Below are positions 10,147 through 19,214 of a stretch of DNA of 64,000 nucleotides, piece after piece. The first letter of the stretch is position 1; each line of letters starts with the position of its first letter. The stretch is from Thermohalobacter berrensis (GTDB taxonomy: Bacteria > Bacillota > Clostridia > Tissierellales > Thermohalobacteraceae): the NCBI RefSeq assembly GCF_003609645.1, contig NZ_MCIB01000036.1, forward strand, positions 67,303 through 131,302, in the 5' to 3' direction. The position numbers and the translations under genes are program-made. Below the pieces are notes generated by a model. That model saw only the letters and a program-made list of their open reading frames with translations, ran no database searches and was not told where the DNA came from.

Positions 10147-10452
10147 GAAGAGCGTGGAGTTATTCCAGGCTCTATTATATTTTGTGATAAATTTTTGTTA
10201 GTAGTTAGTAAAAATGCAGTTCCTAGTTCTTGGTTCTTAGATGTTAGTTAAAAACTAAGCTGTTAGTTTTTAGAGAAAATAAAGTTTGCTAGTTTTGGGT
10301 TTTGCTAAGAGGTAGGAACTAAGAGCTAATAACTGGATTTATAGTATATAATTTCCGACATATTTCCCGGGAAAATAGAAAGGATTTTTTCATTATTAGT
10401 CGAAAATATAAATTAAGATGGTAAACAGTATAGTAGCTAAGGAGGCAGTAAA

Positions 10453-11013
10453 ATGAGTAGAAGAAAATTATTAATAGCAACATTAGCTATAATAGGAATT
10501 TTTATATTTACAGGAATAGGAATGGCAACAATATCTGAGCCTGGCTCTGAACAAGACCCACTAGTTACACAGAGTTATGTTGAAAAAAGAATTGAACAGA
10601 TAAAATACTATATAGACCAAAAAATAGAAGAAGTACTTGGGACTGTAGATAGTAATAAAGCTGAAATTGAAAAACTAATAAATGAAAATAAAGAATTAAA
10701 AGATAAAATAGAAGCTATAGAAAATATAAAACAAACAGGGTCCTATGGGCTAGAGGTTGTTGAACTGAAGAATAGCCAAAAACTTATTGGAAAAGCAGGG
10801 ACAGAAATAATATTAAGAGGAGGACAAGCTAAGGCTATAGCTGGAGAATTAGGAGGACTATCAGATGTAACTGGTGCTACAGATATTAAAATGAATCAAT
10901 TGATTCCTGCTAACCATCTTTTAATAATACCAAGAAGTGATGGAAGAGGAGTTTATGCTGAAAAATATGCAATATTTATGGTAAGGGGAGAGTATGAAAT
11001 AGTAGAAAATTAA
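10453..11013 (+). CDS. Hypothetical membrane-anchored protein (N-terminal TM, coiled coil, C-terminal beta-rich domain)
   Basis: SD AAGGAGG 6 nt upstream. TM segment LLIATLAIIGIFIFTGIG. No recognisable family. Confidence 0.5.
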   Translation: MSRRKLLIATLAIIGIFIFTGIGMATISEPGSEQDPLVTQSYVEKRIEQIKYYIDQKIEEVLGTVDSNKAEIEKLINENKELKDKIEAIENIKQTGSYGLEVVELKNSQKLIGKAGTEIILRGGQAKAIAGELGGLSDVTGATDIKMNQLIPANHLLIIPRSDGRGVYAEKYAIFMVRGEYEIVEN

Positions 11014-11075
11014 AAGTTGAGAATTAGTGAGAATTAGAGGAAAGTAAATTAAATAAAGGTATTTAATTGAATTAT

Positions 11076-11100
11076 GAGGGAATTTTAATCCCTCTTTTTT
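11076..11100 (+). terminator. Intrinsic terminator
   Basis: GAGGGA-attttaa-TCCCTC followed by T6. Confidence 0.6.
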
Positions 11101-11240
11101 AGTTGCTATAAACAATTAAAGATAAAATATTGATTATAAAATAATTGTAAAACGCTTTGTGGAAACTACTATATTCATATGTTATAATTATATAGAAATT
11201 TTAATTGAGAGGAGGAAAGCTCTTAAGAGCCATAATATAA

Positions 11241-12368
11241 ATGAAAATACTTCATCTAATTAGTGGAGGAGATACTGGTGGTGCTAAGACCCATGTATTA
11301 TCTTTAATAAAAGGACTTAGCAACCATGTAGAAGTAAAACTTGTATGTTTCATAAAAGACCAGTTTTATATGGAAGGAAAAGAATTAGGAATAGATATAG
11401 AAGTTATTGAACAGGAAAAAAGATATGATCTTTCTATAATAAAAAAATTAGAAGATAAAATTAAAGATGAAAATTTCGATATAATCCACTGTCATGGGGC
11501 TAGAGCTAATTTTATAGGCATGCTTTTGAAGAGAAGAGTAAAAAAATGTTTTGTTACCACTGTACACAGTGACTATAAGTTAGATTTCAATGACAATATA
11601 TACAAAAAATTTGTATATACTCCTTTAAATGCTATAGCTTTAAAATTTTTTGATTATTATATAGCTATCTCTAGTAATTTTAAAAATATGCTAATAGAGA
11701 GAGGGTTTGATAAAGAAAAAATTTTCACAGTATATAATGGAATTGACTTTAATAGACCGATAAATATAACTCCTAAAGAAGAATTTTTAAATAAATATGA
11801 TATAGATTGTAAAGGGAAGAAAATTATAGGGATCATGGGAAGGCTTGACTTAGTAAAAAATCATGAAACGTTTATAGAAGCTGCTGGTAAATTAAGTGAA
11901 AAAAGAGATGATGTAATATATTTAATTGCTGGGGAAGGACCAGAAAAAGAAAAATTAATTTCCATGACAGAGTCTTTAAATATAAAAGACAAAGTATACT
12001 TTTTAGGTTTTGTTGATGAACCCTATTCTTTTTTCAATGCAATAGATATAAATGTACTGACTTCTAAGAGTGAAAGTTTTCCTTATGTTATTTTAGAAGG
12101 TGCTAGATTAAAGAAAACTGTTGTTAGCACTAATGTAGGTGGAATTGGAGACCTTATAGAAAATGATGTGAATGGATACTTGTTTCAAGTTGGAAATGTT
12201 GATGAATTAGTAAAATATATTGAAAAAATATTGAACGATAAAAATAAAATGGATAAAATGGGCCAGAGACTTCATGATATTGTTAAAGAAAAATTTTCTT
12301 TGGAAAGGATGGCTTTAGACCACTACAAAATATATAGAAAAATTGTGGAAAATAGGAGGTATTATTAA
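11241..12368 (+). CDS. GT4-family glycosyltransferase
   Basis: N-terminus ISGGDTGGAKTHV and C-terminal EGARLKKTVVSTNVGGIGDLI (E-x7-E region) are typical of GT-B GT4 enzymes. Confidence 0.8.
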   Translation: MKILHLISGGDTGGAKTHVLSLIKGLSNHVEVKLVCFIKDQFYMEGKELGIDIEVIEQEKRYDLSIIKKLEDKIKDENFDIIHCHGARANFIGMLLKRRVKKCFVTTVHSDYKLDFNDNIYKKFVYTPLNAIALKFFDYYIAISSNFKNMLIERGFDKEKIFTVYNGIDFNRPINITPKEEFLNKYDIDCKGKKIIGIMGRLDLVKNHETFIEAAGKLSEKRDDVIYLIAGEGPEKEKLISMTESLNIKDKVYFLGFVDEPYSFFNAIDINVLTSKSESFPYVILEGARLKKTVVSTNVGGIGDLIENDVNGYLFQVGNVDELVKYIEKILNDKNKMDKMGQRLHDIVKEKFSLERMALDHYKIYRKIVENRRYY

Positions 12369-12856
12369 TGAAATTTATTGATAATAAGGGAAGAGTTTTT
12401 GGAATTATTAATATAATAGATTTGACAGTACTACTAATAATAGGTTTGTTAATAGTAGGTGGAGGATATAAAATTTTAAACTCACAGCCTGAAGTCATTG
12501 AGGAAGGCCAAAAGGTATTAGTTGAACTAGAAATTAGTGATGTACGTAAGCCTACAGTAGATGGAATAAAGGAAGGGGACCTATTATATCATTATGATAG
12601 AGGACAAGTTTTTGGAAAAATAATCGAAAAAAAAGTAGAAAACTATAGAGAAGCAGTTCCAACAAGTGATGGAAAAGTTGTTATGGCTGAGGTACCAGAA
12701 AAATATACTGTAAAACTTGTTATAGAAGCTAAAGGAACTGTTACTGATAAGGTTATAATTGTAGGAGGAGAACATACAAGAATTGGTACTCAATTTAGAG
12801 TTAAAAATAGAAATATAGCTGTATTTGCAACAGTAACAGGCATGAAAGTTAAGTGA
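12368..12856 (+). CDS. DUF4330-like membrane-anchored protein
   Basis: The N-terminus MKFIDNKGRVFGIINIIDLTVLLIIGLLIV matches the DUF4330 signature seen in clostridial polysaccharide loci (recalled from memory, not searched). Confidence 0.5.
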   Translation: MKFIDNKGRVFGIINIIDLTVLLIIGLLIVGGGYKILNSQPEVIEEGQKVLVELEISDVRKPTVDGIKEGDLLYHYDRGQVFGKIIEKKVENYREAVPTSDGKVVMAEVPEKYTVKLVIEAKGTVTDKVIIVGGEHTRIGTQFRVKNRNIAVFATVTGMKVK

Positions 12857-12873
12857 TATTAGGAGATGATAGC

Positions 12874-13278
12874 GTGTATAATAGCTTTACAGTAAAGGTG
12901 CTTTTTAAATTATGGTATAAATTGGAAAGATTTTATGAGACCAGTTTATTAAGAAAAATTACTGATAATATAATAAAAACAATAATATTTCTATACAATA
13001 ATTCTTTTATAGGATGTTTTATAAAGAGTGAAAAAAGCTTAATTGCAAGCAGTTTTATTTTTAAAATATATTGTAGACTGAATGATTTAATAATGACTTT
13101 TTCAAATTATTGTCGTAAAATCTTTAATAGTTACAAGAAGCATAGTTTGATTTATCGTTTTTTAATGAGGTTATCTGATAACAAGTTTATGATAAAAAAG
13201 GTATTAAAAAATAGTCTGATAGTAAGTATTGTTATTGATGTATTTACCATTGATGAAGAAACTGGAGGGGAACAATAG
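12874..13278 (+). CDS. Hypothetical protein (K/F/I-rich, no family assigned)
   Basis: GTG 12874 lies 6 nt after AGGAGAT; the ORF-track start at 12853 overlaps the upstream stop. Low complexity, so the call is uncertain. Confidence 0.3.
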   Translation: MYNSFTVKVLFKLWYKLERFYETSLLRKITDNIIKTIIFLYNNSFIGCFIKSEKSLIASSFIFKIYCRLNDLIMTFSNYCRKIFNSYKKHSLIYRFLMRLSDNKFMIKKVLKNSLIVSIVIDVFTIDEETGGEQ

Positions 13279-14522
13279 TGTTGAAATTAATAGGAGGGAT
13301 TGTGGCAGCAATTCTCTCTATATATAACATAAATATAGGTATAATGTTAGTAATTTTTAGTTTACCTTTTGTATCAAAAATTAATTCACTAATGTTTGCA
13401 ATATTTATTGTATGTGTTTTCTTATTTAAATTATTTTGTACCGAAAGATATTCTTTAAGAAAAAGTTTTTTAGATGTACCCATAATAGTTTATGTTATTA
13501 TAATACTAATTACAACAGTTACTTCTTATAATCCTCAAGGAAGCTTCAGAGATTTAGCAATACATTTATCAGCTATAGGGCTGGTTTTTGTTATAGTAAA
13601 TATAATAAAGAATAAAAATCAATTAAATATAATTTTAACAACATTTATTTTTACTGCAACAATTGTTGCCTTATATGGTCTTTACCAATATAAAGTCGGA
13701 GTTAAGATTGATGATGCCTGGGTAGATGTTGCTAATAATCCCAGTTTAAGAACTAGGATTTTTTCTGTTTTTGGTAATCCTAATATATTGGCTGAATACT
13801 TAATTATGGCAATACCAGTTTCCTTGTCATTTTTTTGGGTTTCAAAGAAGATTTATAAAAAGGCTATTTTTAGTTTGACAACAATAATTTTAACTTTAGC
13901 TTTAATTTTAACATTTTCTAGAGGTGGATGGTTAGGATTTGCGTTTAGCATGTTTATATTTGTTCTACTAATTGAGAAAAGGTTATTACTATCATTAATT
14001 CCTTTTGGAATAATTTCATTTTTTGCTATGCCTTCTTCTATACTTCATAGAATTATGACGATTGGAAATTTAAAAGATTCTTCTAATGCATATAGAATAA
14101 AAGTATGGGATATAACACTTGATATTATTAAAGATAACTGGATTTCAGGAGTCGGATTTGGATATATACCATTTAGAGAGACTTTTGTTAAGTATATAAG
14201 AACAATGAATGTTTATCATGCACATAACACTTATCTAGAAACAATGGCAGAACTAGGGATTGGTGGTCTAATAGTTTTACTAATTCTAATATTTATAAAT
14301 TATAAATACTCTATATTAAACTTGATGAAAACAGAAGATAGATATATAAAAGTAATTTCAGCAGGAGTTTTAGCTGGTTTGTCTGCTATATTGTTTCATG
14401 GACTTGTTGAAAATATACTGTATTTGCCTAGAATAATAATAACCTTCTGGACTTTAATTGCATTTAATTTAGTCATTTTAAACATATCAAGTAGTAAAAG
14501 TAAGTGTAATAAATTAGATTAA
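13278..14522 (+). CDS. O-antigen ligase/Wzy-like polytopic membrane protein
   Basis: GGAGGGG SD. Multi-TM protein with the Wzy_C signature TFSRGGWLGF. Confidence 0.75.
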   Translation: MLKLIGGIVAAILSIYNINIGIMLVIFSLPFVSKINSLMFAIFIVCVFLFKLFCTERYSLRKSFLDVPIIVYVIIILITTVTSYNPQGSFRDLAIHLSAIGLVFVIVNIIKNKNQLNIILTTFIFTATIVALYGLYQYKVGVKIDDAWVDVANNPSLRTRIFSVFGNPNILAEYLIMAIPVSLSFFWVSKKIYKKAIFSLTTIILTLALILTFSRGGWLGFAFSMFIFVLLIEKRLLLSLIPFGIISFFAMPSSILHRIMTIGNLKDSSNAYRIKVWDITLDIIKDNWISGVGFGYIPFRETFVKYIRTMNVYHAHNTYLETMAELGIGGLIVLLILIFINYKYSILNLMKTEDRYIKVISAGVLAGLSAILFHGLVENILYLPRIIITFWTLIAFNLVILNISSSKSKCNKLD

Positions 14523-14535
14523 AGGAGCTAAATTT

Positions 14536-15639
14536 ATGAAAGAGAATAAGAAGATTATTATTTCTGGGTATTATGGTTTTGATAATAGTGGTGATGATGC
14601 TATATTAAAAGCCATAGTTAAGGACTTAAAATCTCAAAATAATAATATAGAGATAACCGCACTATCCAGAAAGCCTTTAGATACTAAGAAAAATTATAAT
14701 ATTAATGCAATAAATAGATTCAGTGTGATTGAAGTTATAAGAGGATTATATAACTGTGATATGTTGATAAGTGGAGGAGGCAGCTTATTACAGGATATAA
14801 CTAGTACAAGATCTCTTATATATTATCTTGCACTAATATTTATTGCTAAATTTTTTAGAAAAAATGTAGTTATATATGCAAATGGTATAGGACCTATTAA
14901 GAAAAGAATTAACAAATTATTAACTAAAAAGGTTTTAAATAATGTTGACTTGATAACAGTAAGGGATTATAATTCTCAAAAAACGCTAAAAGAAATAGGA
15001 GTAGAAAATAAAAATGTTCATGTAACTTCAGACCCTGTATTTACTTTGCAACTTGCAAGTGAAAAAAGAATATTTCAAATATTAAAAGAAGAAGGTATTC
15101 CTACAGATAAGCCCTTAATAGGAGTAGCTGTTAGGGAATGGAAAAATAATAAAAAATTAAGAGAAGTTATATCTAGAGCTATAGATTATTTAAATGATAA
15201 TTATAATGTAAACATAGTGTTATTACCTATGCATTATCCCAATGACCTTAAAATAAGCAAAGAAATAAAAAAATTAGCTAAAACTAAATGTTATATAATA
15301 TCTAAAAAATATTCTGTAGAAGATGTAATGGGAATTATAAATAAACTGGAAATAATTATAGCTATGAGGCTTCATTCACTAATATATGCGGCTACACAGG
15401 CAGTTCCAATGGTAGGAATTGTCTATGACCCAAAAGTAAAGGGATTTTTAGATCAAGTTGGGCTAGAAACTGGTTGTAATGTAGATGATTTAGAGGTTGT
15501 GGATTTGTGCACAATTATTGATGATGTTTGGAATAATAGAAAACAAATAAAAAATAAATTAATAAAAGTTAAGAAAGAATTAAAAGAAAAAGCTTATGAT
15601 AATGTTAAGATGGTTATGAAGCTGTTAGAGAGTAGGTGA
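14536..15639 (+). CDS. csaB: Polysaccharide pyruvyl transferase CsaB
   Basis: KIIISGYYGFDNSGDDAIL... is the typical CsaB N-terminus, and the length is right. Confidence 0.8.
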   Translation: MKENKKIIISGYYGFDNSGDDAILKAIVKDLKSQNNNIEITALSRKPLDTKKNYNINAINRFSVIEVIRGLYNCDMLISGGGSLLQDITSTRSLIYYLALIFIAKFFRKNVVIYANGIGPIKKRINKLLTKKVLNNVDLITVRDYNSQKTLKEIGVENKNVHVTSDPVFTLQLASEKRIFQILKEEGIPTDKPLIGVAVREWKNNKKLREVISRAIDYLNDNYNVNIVLLPMHYPNDLKISKEIKKLAKTKCYIISKKYSVEDVMGIINKLEIIIAMRLHSLIYAATQAVPMVGIVYDPKVKGFLDQVGLETGCNVDDLEVVDLCTIIDDVWNNRKQIKNKLIKVKKELKEKAYDNVKMVMKLLESR

Positions 15640-15644
15640 TTAAT

Positions 15645-16406
15645 ATGCCTTCTTTTATAAAAATAATGGATGTAAAGATTAATAATATAACTTTGAAAAA
15701 GGCAGTAGATAAAGTAAATAAATTTTTAAATGGTAAAGATACTAAAGTTATATATACCCCTAATACTGAGGTAGTTATGATAGCAAAGGATGATGATAAA
15801 TTAAAGACTATATTGAATGATGGTGATTTAACTATTCCTGATGGTATAGGATTAGTTTATGCCTCAAAAATTAAGAAAAGACCTCTTGCAGAAAGGGTAA
15901 CAGGTTATGATTTATCAGTAGAAATGATTAAACTAGCTAATAAAAAGGGATATAGTTTGTTTTTATTAGGTGGAGAAAAAGGAGTAGCTAAAAGAGCTAG
16001 TGAAAGGTTAAAGAATATATATCCTAATTTAAACATTGCTGGAGTTCATCATGGTTATTTTAAAGGAACTCATATTGGTTATAAAAATCATGAAGATGAA
16101 AAAAAAGTAATTGAAATAATAAATAAATCAAATGCAGATATTTTATTTGTAGGTTTTGGAGCCCCAAAACAAGAAAAATGGATTCATGAGAACAAAGATA
16201 AACTTAACTGTAAAGTAATTATTGGTAATGGAGGTACTATTGATGTATTAGCTGGAAAAGTGAAAAGGGCTCCTAAAGTTTATCAAAAACTTGGATTAGA
16301 ATGGCTTTACAGACTCATAAAAGAACCTTGGAGAATTAAAAGACAAATGGTATTACCTTTATTTATGCTACATGTATTATTTTCTAGAAAAAATATTGTT
16401 AAGTAA
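15645..16406 (+). CDS. tagA: WecB/TagA/CpsF-family glycosyltransferase (N-acetylmannosaminyltransferase-like)
   Basis: ATG 15645 lies 6 nt after AGGTG. Family motifs GVHHGYF, FVGFGAPKQEKWI and LGLEWLYRLIKEPWR. Confidence 0.8.
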   Translation: MPSFIKIMDVKINNITLKKAVDKVNKFLNGKDTKVIYTPNTEVVMIAKDDDKLKTILNDGDLTIPDGIGLVYASKIKKRPLAERVTGYDLSVEMIKLANKKGYSLFLLGGEKGVAKRASERLKNIYPNLNIAGVHHGYFKGTHIGYKNHEDEKKVIEIINKSNADILFVGFGAPKQEKWIHENKDKLNCKVIIGNGGTIDVLAGKVKRAPKVYQKLGLEWLYRLIKEPWRIKRQMVLPLFMLHVLFSRKNIVK

Positions 16407-16440
16407 TGCAAGAAGAATTCAGGGGGAAGGAGGAGTAGTA

Positions 16441-17304
16441 ATGAAAATAGTAACAAAACATTGGTATAACTATGTAATTGAATATGTAGGTATTTCATTA
16501 GGTACAGCAATTATGGCAATTTCATTAAAAATGTTCCTTGACCCTAATACTATTGCACCAGGTGGTGTTACTGGATTAGCTATAGTTATAAAGAAACTTA
16601 CTGGTATTCCTATAGATATAACAAACTTAGTAGTTAATATACCATTATTTATTGCGGGCATCATTATATTAGGAAAAGCCTTTGGAGCAAAAACATTATA
16701 TGGTACCTTGGCACTATCATTTTTTATTAGGATGTTTCCAGCCGCTAATTTAACAAATGACTTATTATTAGCTGCAGTATTTGGTGGAGTACTTATGGGA
16801 TTAGGATTAGGTTTAGTTTTTAAGTTTGGTGGTACTACAGGGGGAACAGACTTAGCAGGGGCTATACTTAATAAATTTTTCCCTAATTTTAGTACAGCAA
16901 CTTTAATGATGGTAATAGATTTATTTGTTGTAACAATAGCTGGTGTAGTGGATAAAAAAATAGAGACTTCATTATATTCAGTTATAGCATTATACATAAT
17001 AGTTAAAGTTATAGATATAATACTAGAAGGTATAGGTTATGCAAAAGCATTCTTTATTATATCCAATACCCCAGATAAAATAGGAGAAACTATTATATCA
17101 GCACTAGGTAGAGGGGTTACTGTATTAAAAGGTATGGGAATGTATACAGGGCAAAGTAGAGATGTACTATTATGTGTAGTAAATAGATCACAGATAGTTA
17201 AACTTAAAGAAATAGTACATCAAATTGATAGTAATGCCTTTGTTATGGTAGCAGATATTCATGAGGTATTAGGTGAAGGATTTAAAGAAATTAAAACTGA
17301 TTAG
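16441..17304 (+). CDS. YitT-family membrane protein (DUF161 with DUF2179 C-terminal domain)
   Basis: ATG 16441 follows GGAGGAG. ISLGTAIMAISLKMFLDPNTIAPGGVTGLAIV is the YitT signature. Confidence 0.75.
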   Translation: MKIVTKHWYNYVIEYVGISLGTAIMAISLKMFLDPNTIAPGGVTGLAIVIKKLTGIPIDITNLVVNIPLFIAGIIILGKAFGAKTLYGTLALSFFIRMFPAANLTNDLLLAAVFGGVLMGLGLGLVFKFGGTTGGTDLAGAILNKFFPNFSTATLMMVIDLFVVTIAGVVDKKIETSLYSVIALYIIVKVIDIILEGIGYAKAFFIISNTPDKIGETIISALGRGVTVLKGMGMYTGQSRDVLLCVVNRSQIVKLKEIVHQIDSNAFVMVADIHEVLGEGFKEIKTD

Positions 17305-17316
17305 GAGGTCTGTAAT

Positions 17317-18138
17317 ATGGATAATTATCAAGAGCTTAAAGAAACAGCCAACAGGTTAAGAAAAGACATAATTAAAATGATTAATGAAGCAGGTTCAGGG
17401 CATCCTGGAGGCTCATTATCAGCATGTGAAATTGTAACTGCCCTTTATTTTAAAGAAATGAAAATTGATCCTAAGAGACCTAACTGGGAAAATAGGGATA
17501 GGTTTGTATTGTCTAAAGGTCATGCTGCACCAGTATTATATGCTGCTTTAGCAGAGAAAGGATATTTTCCTAAAGAAGAACTAATGAAATTAAGAAAAAC
17601 TGGAGAAATGCTTCAAGGACACCCAGATATGAAGGGAACTCCAGGTGTTGAAATGTCAACAGGTTCATTAGGACAGGGATTGGCTTGTGCAAATGGAATG
17701 GCTCTAGCAGGTAAATTAGATGGAAAGGATTATAGAGTCTATGCTTTAATTGGTGATGGGGAAGTTCAAGAAGGTATGATATGGGAAGCAGCTATGTTTG
17801 CTGCACATTATAAGCTAGATAATCTGACTGTATTTTTAGACCACAATGGATTACAAATTGATGGAGAAAATAAAGAGGTTATGAATATAGAGCCTATTGA
17901 TAAAAAATGGGAAGCCTTTGGATGGCAAGTAATAACAATAAACGGGCATGATTTTGAAGAAATATTTAAAGCAATAGAAGAAAGTAAAAATACTAAAGGG
18001 AAGCCAACTATTATAATTGCTAATACTGTAAAAGGAAAAGGCGTTTCATTTATGGAGAATGAAGTAGGATGGCACGGTTCTGCTCCAAACGATGAGGAAG
18101 CAGAAAAGGCTATCATAGAGCTTGGAGGTGAAAAATAA
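17317..18138 (+). CDS. tkt: Transketolase, N-terminal (TPP-binding) subunit
   Basis: GHPGGSLS, GDGEVQEG and the TPP-binding region. Confidence 0.9.
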   Translation: MDNYQELKETANRLRKDIIKMINEAGSGHPGGSLSACEIVTALYFKEMKIDPKRPNWENRDRFVLSKGHAAPVLYAALAEKGYFPKEELMKLRKTGEMLQGHPDMKGTPGVEMSTGSLGQGLACANGMALAGKLDGKDYRVYALIGDGEVQEGMIWEAAMFAAHYKLDNLTVFLDHNGLQIDGENKEVMNIEPIDKKWEAFGWQVITINGHDFEEIFKAIEESKNTKGKPTIIIANTVKGKGVSFMENEVGWHGSAPNDEEAEKAIIELGGEK

Positions 18139-19076
18139 TGGCAAATAAAGCAACAAGAGATGCATACGGTGAGGCTTTAAAGGAATTAGGAAAGAAAAAC
18201 AAGGATATTGTAGTTTTAGATGCAGATTTATCTAAATCTACTAGAACAGCCAAATTTAAAGAAGATTACCCTAATAGATTTTTAAATGTAGGTATAGCAG
18301 AACAGAATCTTATTGGTACTTCTGCAGGTCTAGCAGCTGCTGGTAAGATACCTTTTGCAAGTACATTTGCAGTTTTTGCAACTGGACGTGCATATGAGAT
18401 AATTAGAAATTCTGTTGCCTATCCAAAACTTAATGTAAAGGTGGCAGCTACCCATGCAGGTTTAACAGTAGGAGAAGATGGGGCTAGTCATCAAGCTTTA
18501 GAAGATTTAAGTTTAATGAGAAGTCTTCCAAATATGGTAGTAATAAACCCTGCGGATGCAGTAGAGGCAAAGGAAGCTGTATTAAAGGCAGCAGAATATG
18601 TTGGACCAGTATATATAAGGTTGGGTAGAAGTAAAGTTCCTGTAATTTATGATGAAAATAATTATGAATTTGAAATTGGAAAGGGAATTTTAGTTGAAGA
18701 CGGAACTGATGCAACTATAATAGCTACAGGAATAATGGTTTCAATTGCTCTTCAAGCAAGAGATGAATTATTAAAGGATGGAATAAATGTAAGAGTTATA
18801 GATATACATACACTAAAACCTATAGATAAAGATATTATAGTAAAAGCAGCTAAGGAGACTGGTGCAATAGTAACTGCAGAAGAACATAATATAATAGGTG
18901 GTCTTGGAAGTGCAGTGTCTGAAGTACTTGTTGAAAACTATCCAGTGCCGATGGAAAGAATAGGAGTAAAAGATACCTTTGGAGAGTCAGGTAAATCAGA
19001 TGAATTATTAGAAAAGTACGGACTTACTTCAAGTGATTTAGTAGAAGCAGTAAAAAGAGTTGTAAAAAGGAAATAA
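18138..19076 (+). CDS. tkt: Transketolase, C-terminal subunit
   Basis: Pyrimidine-binding and C-terminal transketolase domains. Its start overlaps the upstream stop (ATAATGG). Confidence 0.9.
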   Translation: MANKATRDAYGEALKELGKKNKDIVVLDADLSKSTRTAKFKEDYPNRFLNVGIAEQNLIGTSAGLAAAGKIPFASTFAVFATGRAYEIIRNSVAYPKLNVKVAATHAGLTVGEDGASHQALEDLSLMRSLPNMVVINPADAVEAKEAVLKAAEYVGPVYIRLGRSKVPVIYDENNYEFEIGKGILVEDGTDATIIATGIMVSIALQARDELLKDGINVRVIDIHTLKPIDKDIIVKAAKETGAIVTAEEHNIIGGLGSAVSEVLVENYPVPMERIGVKDTFGESGKSDELLEKYGLTSSDLVEAVKRVVKRK

Positions 19077-19095
19077 ATAAAAGCAATTTAAAATT

Positions 19096-19131
19096 AAAAA
19101 GTAGCGCGGACTTAAGTCTGGGCTACTTTTT
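19096..19131 (+). terminator. Intrinsic terminator after tkt
   Basis: AAAAAGTAGC...GCTACTTTTT stem with U-run. Confidence 0.6.
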
Positions 19132-19214
19132 AATTTATAAAATTTTATTTTATTAGCACTAATCCCTTTTCTCATGAATAAATTAATAATAGTTATGAGG
19201 AAAGGGGGTATAAA

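Noticed and set aside
10380-10452. Minus-strand mini-ORF MKKSFLFSREICRKLYTINPVISS in the mazEF 3' region
   Set aside because: No Shine-Dalgarno; composition is unremarkable.
12853-14522. 12853-13278 ORF as a frameshifted N-terminus of the Wzy-like gene
   Set aside because: The Wzy-like ORF has its own strong SD (GGAGGGG) and start, and a normal ~414-aa length. The upstream ORF is not hydrophobic.
16470-16997. 175-aa antisense ORF within the YitT-family gene, and similar antisense ORFs at 1627-2147, 3974-4180, 17808-18116, 18484-18714, 23728-24099, 26112-26318, 33156-33458, 35431-36022, 38637-38936, 39399-39854
   Set aside because: All lie entirely inside strongly supported genes on the opposite strand or frame. 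They lack SDs and have biased, low-complexity composition.
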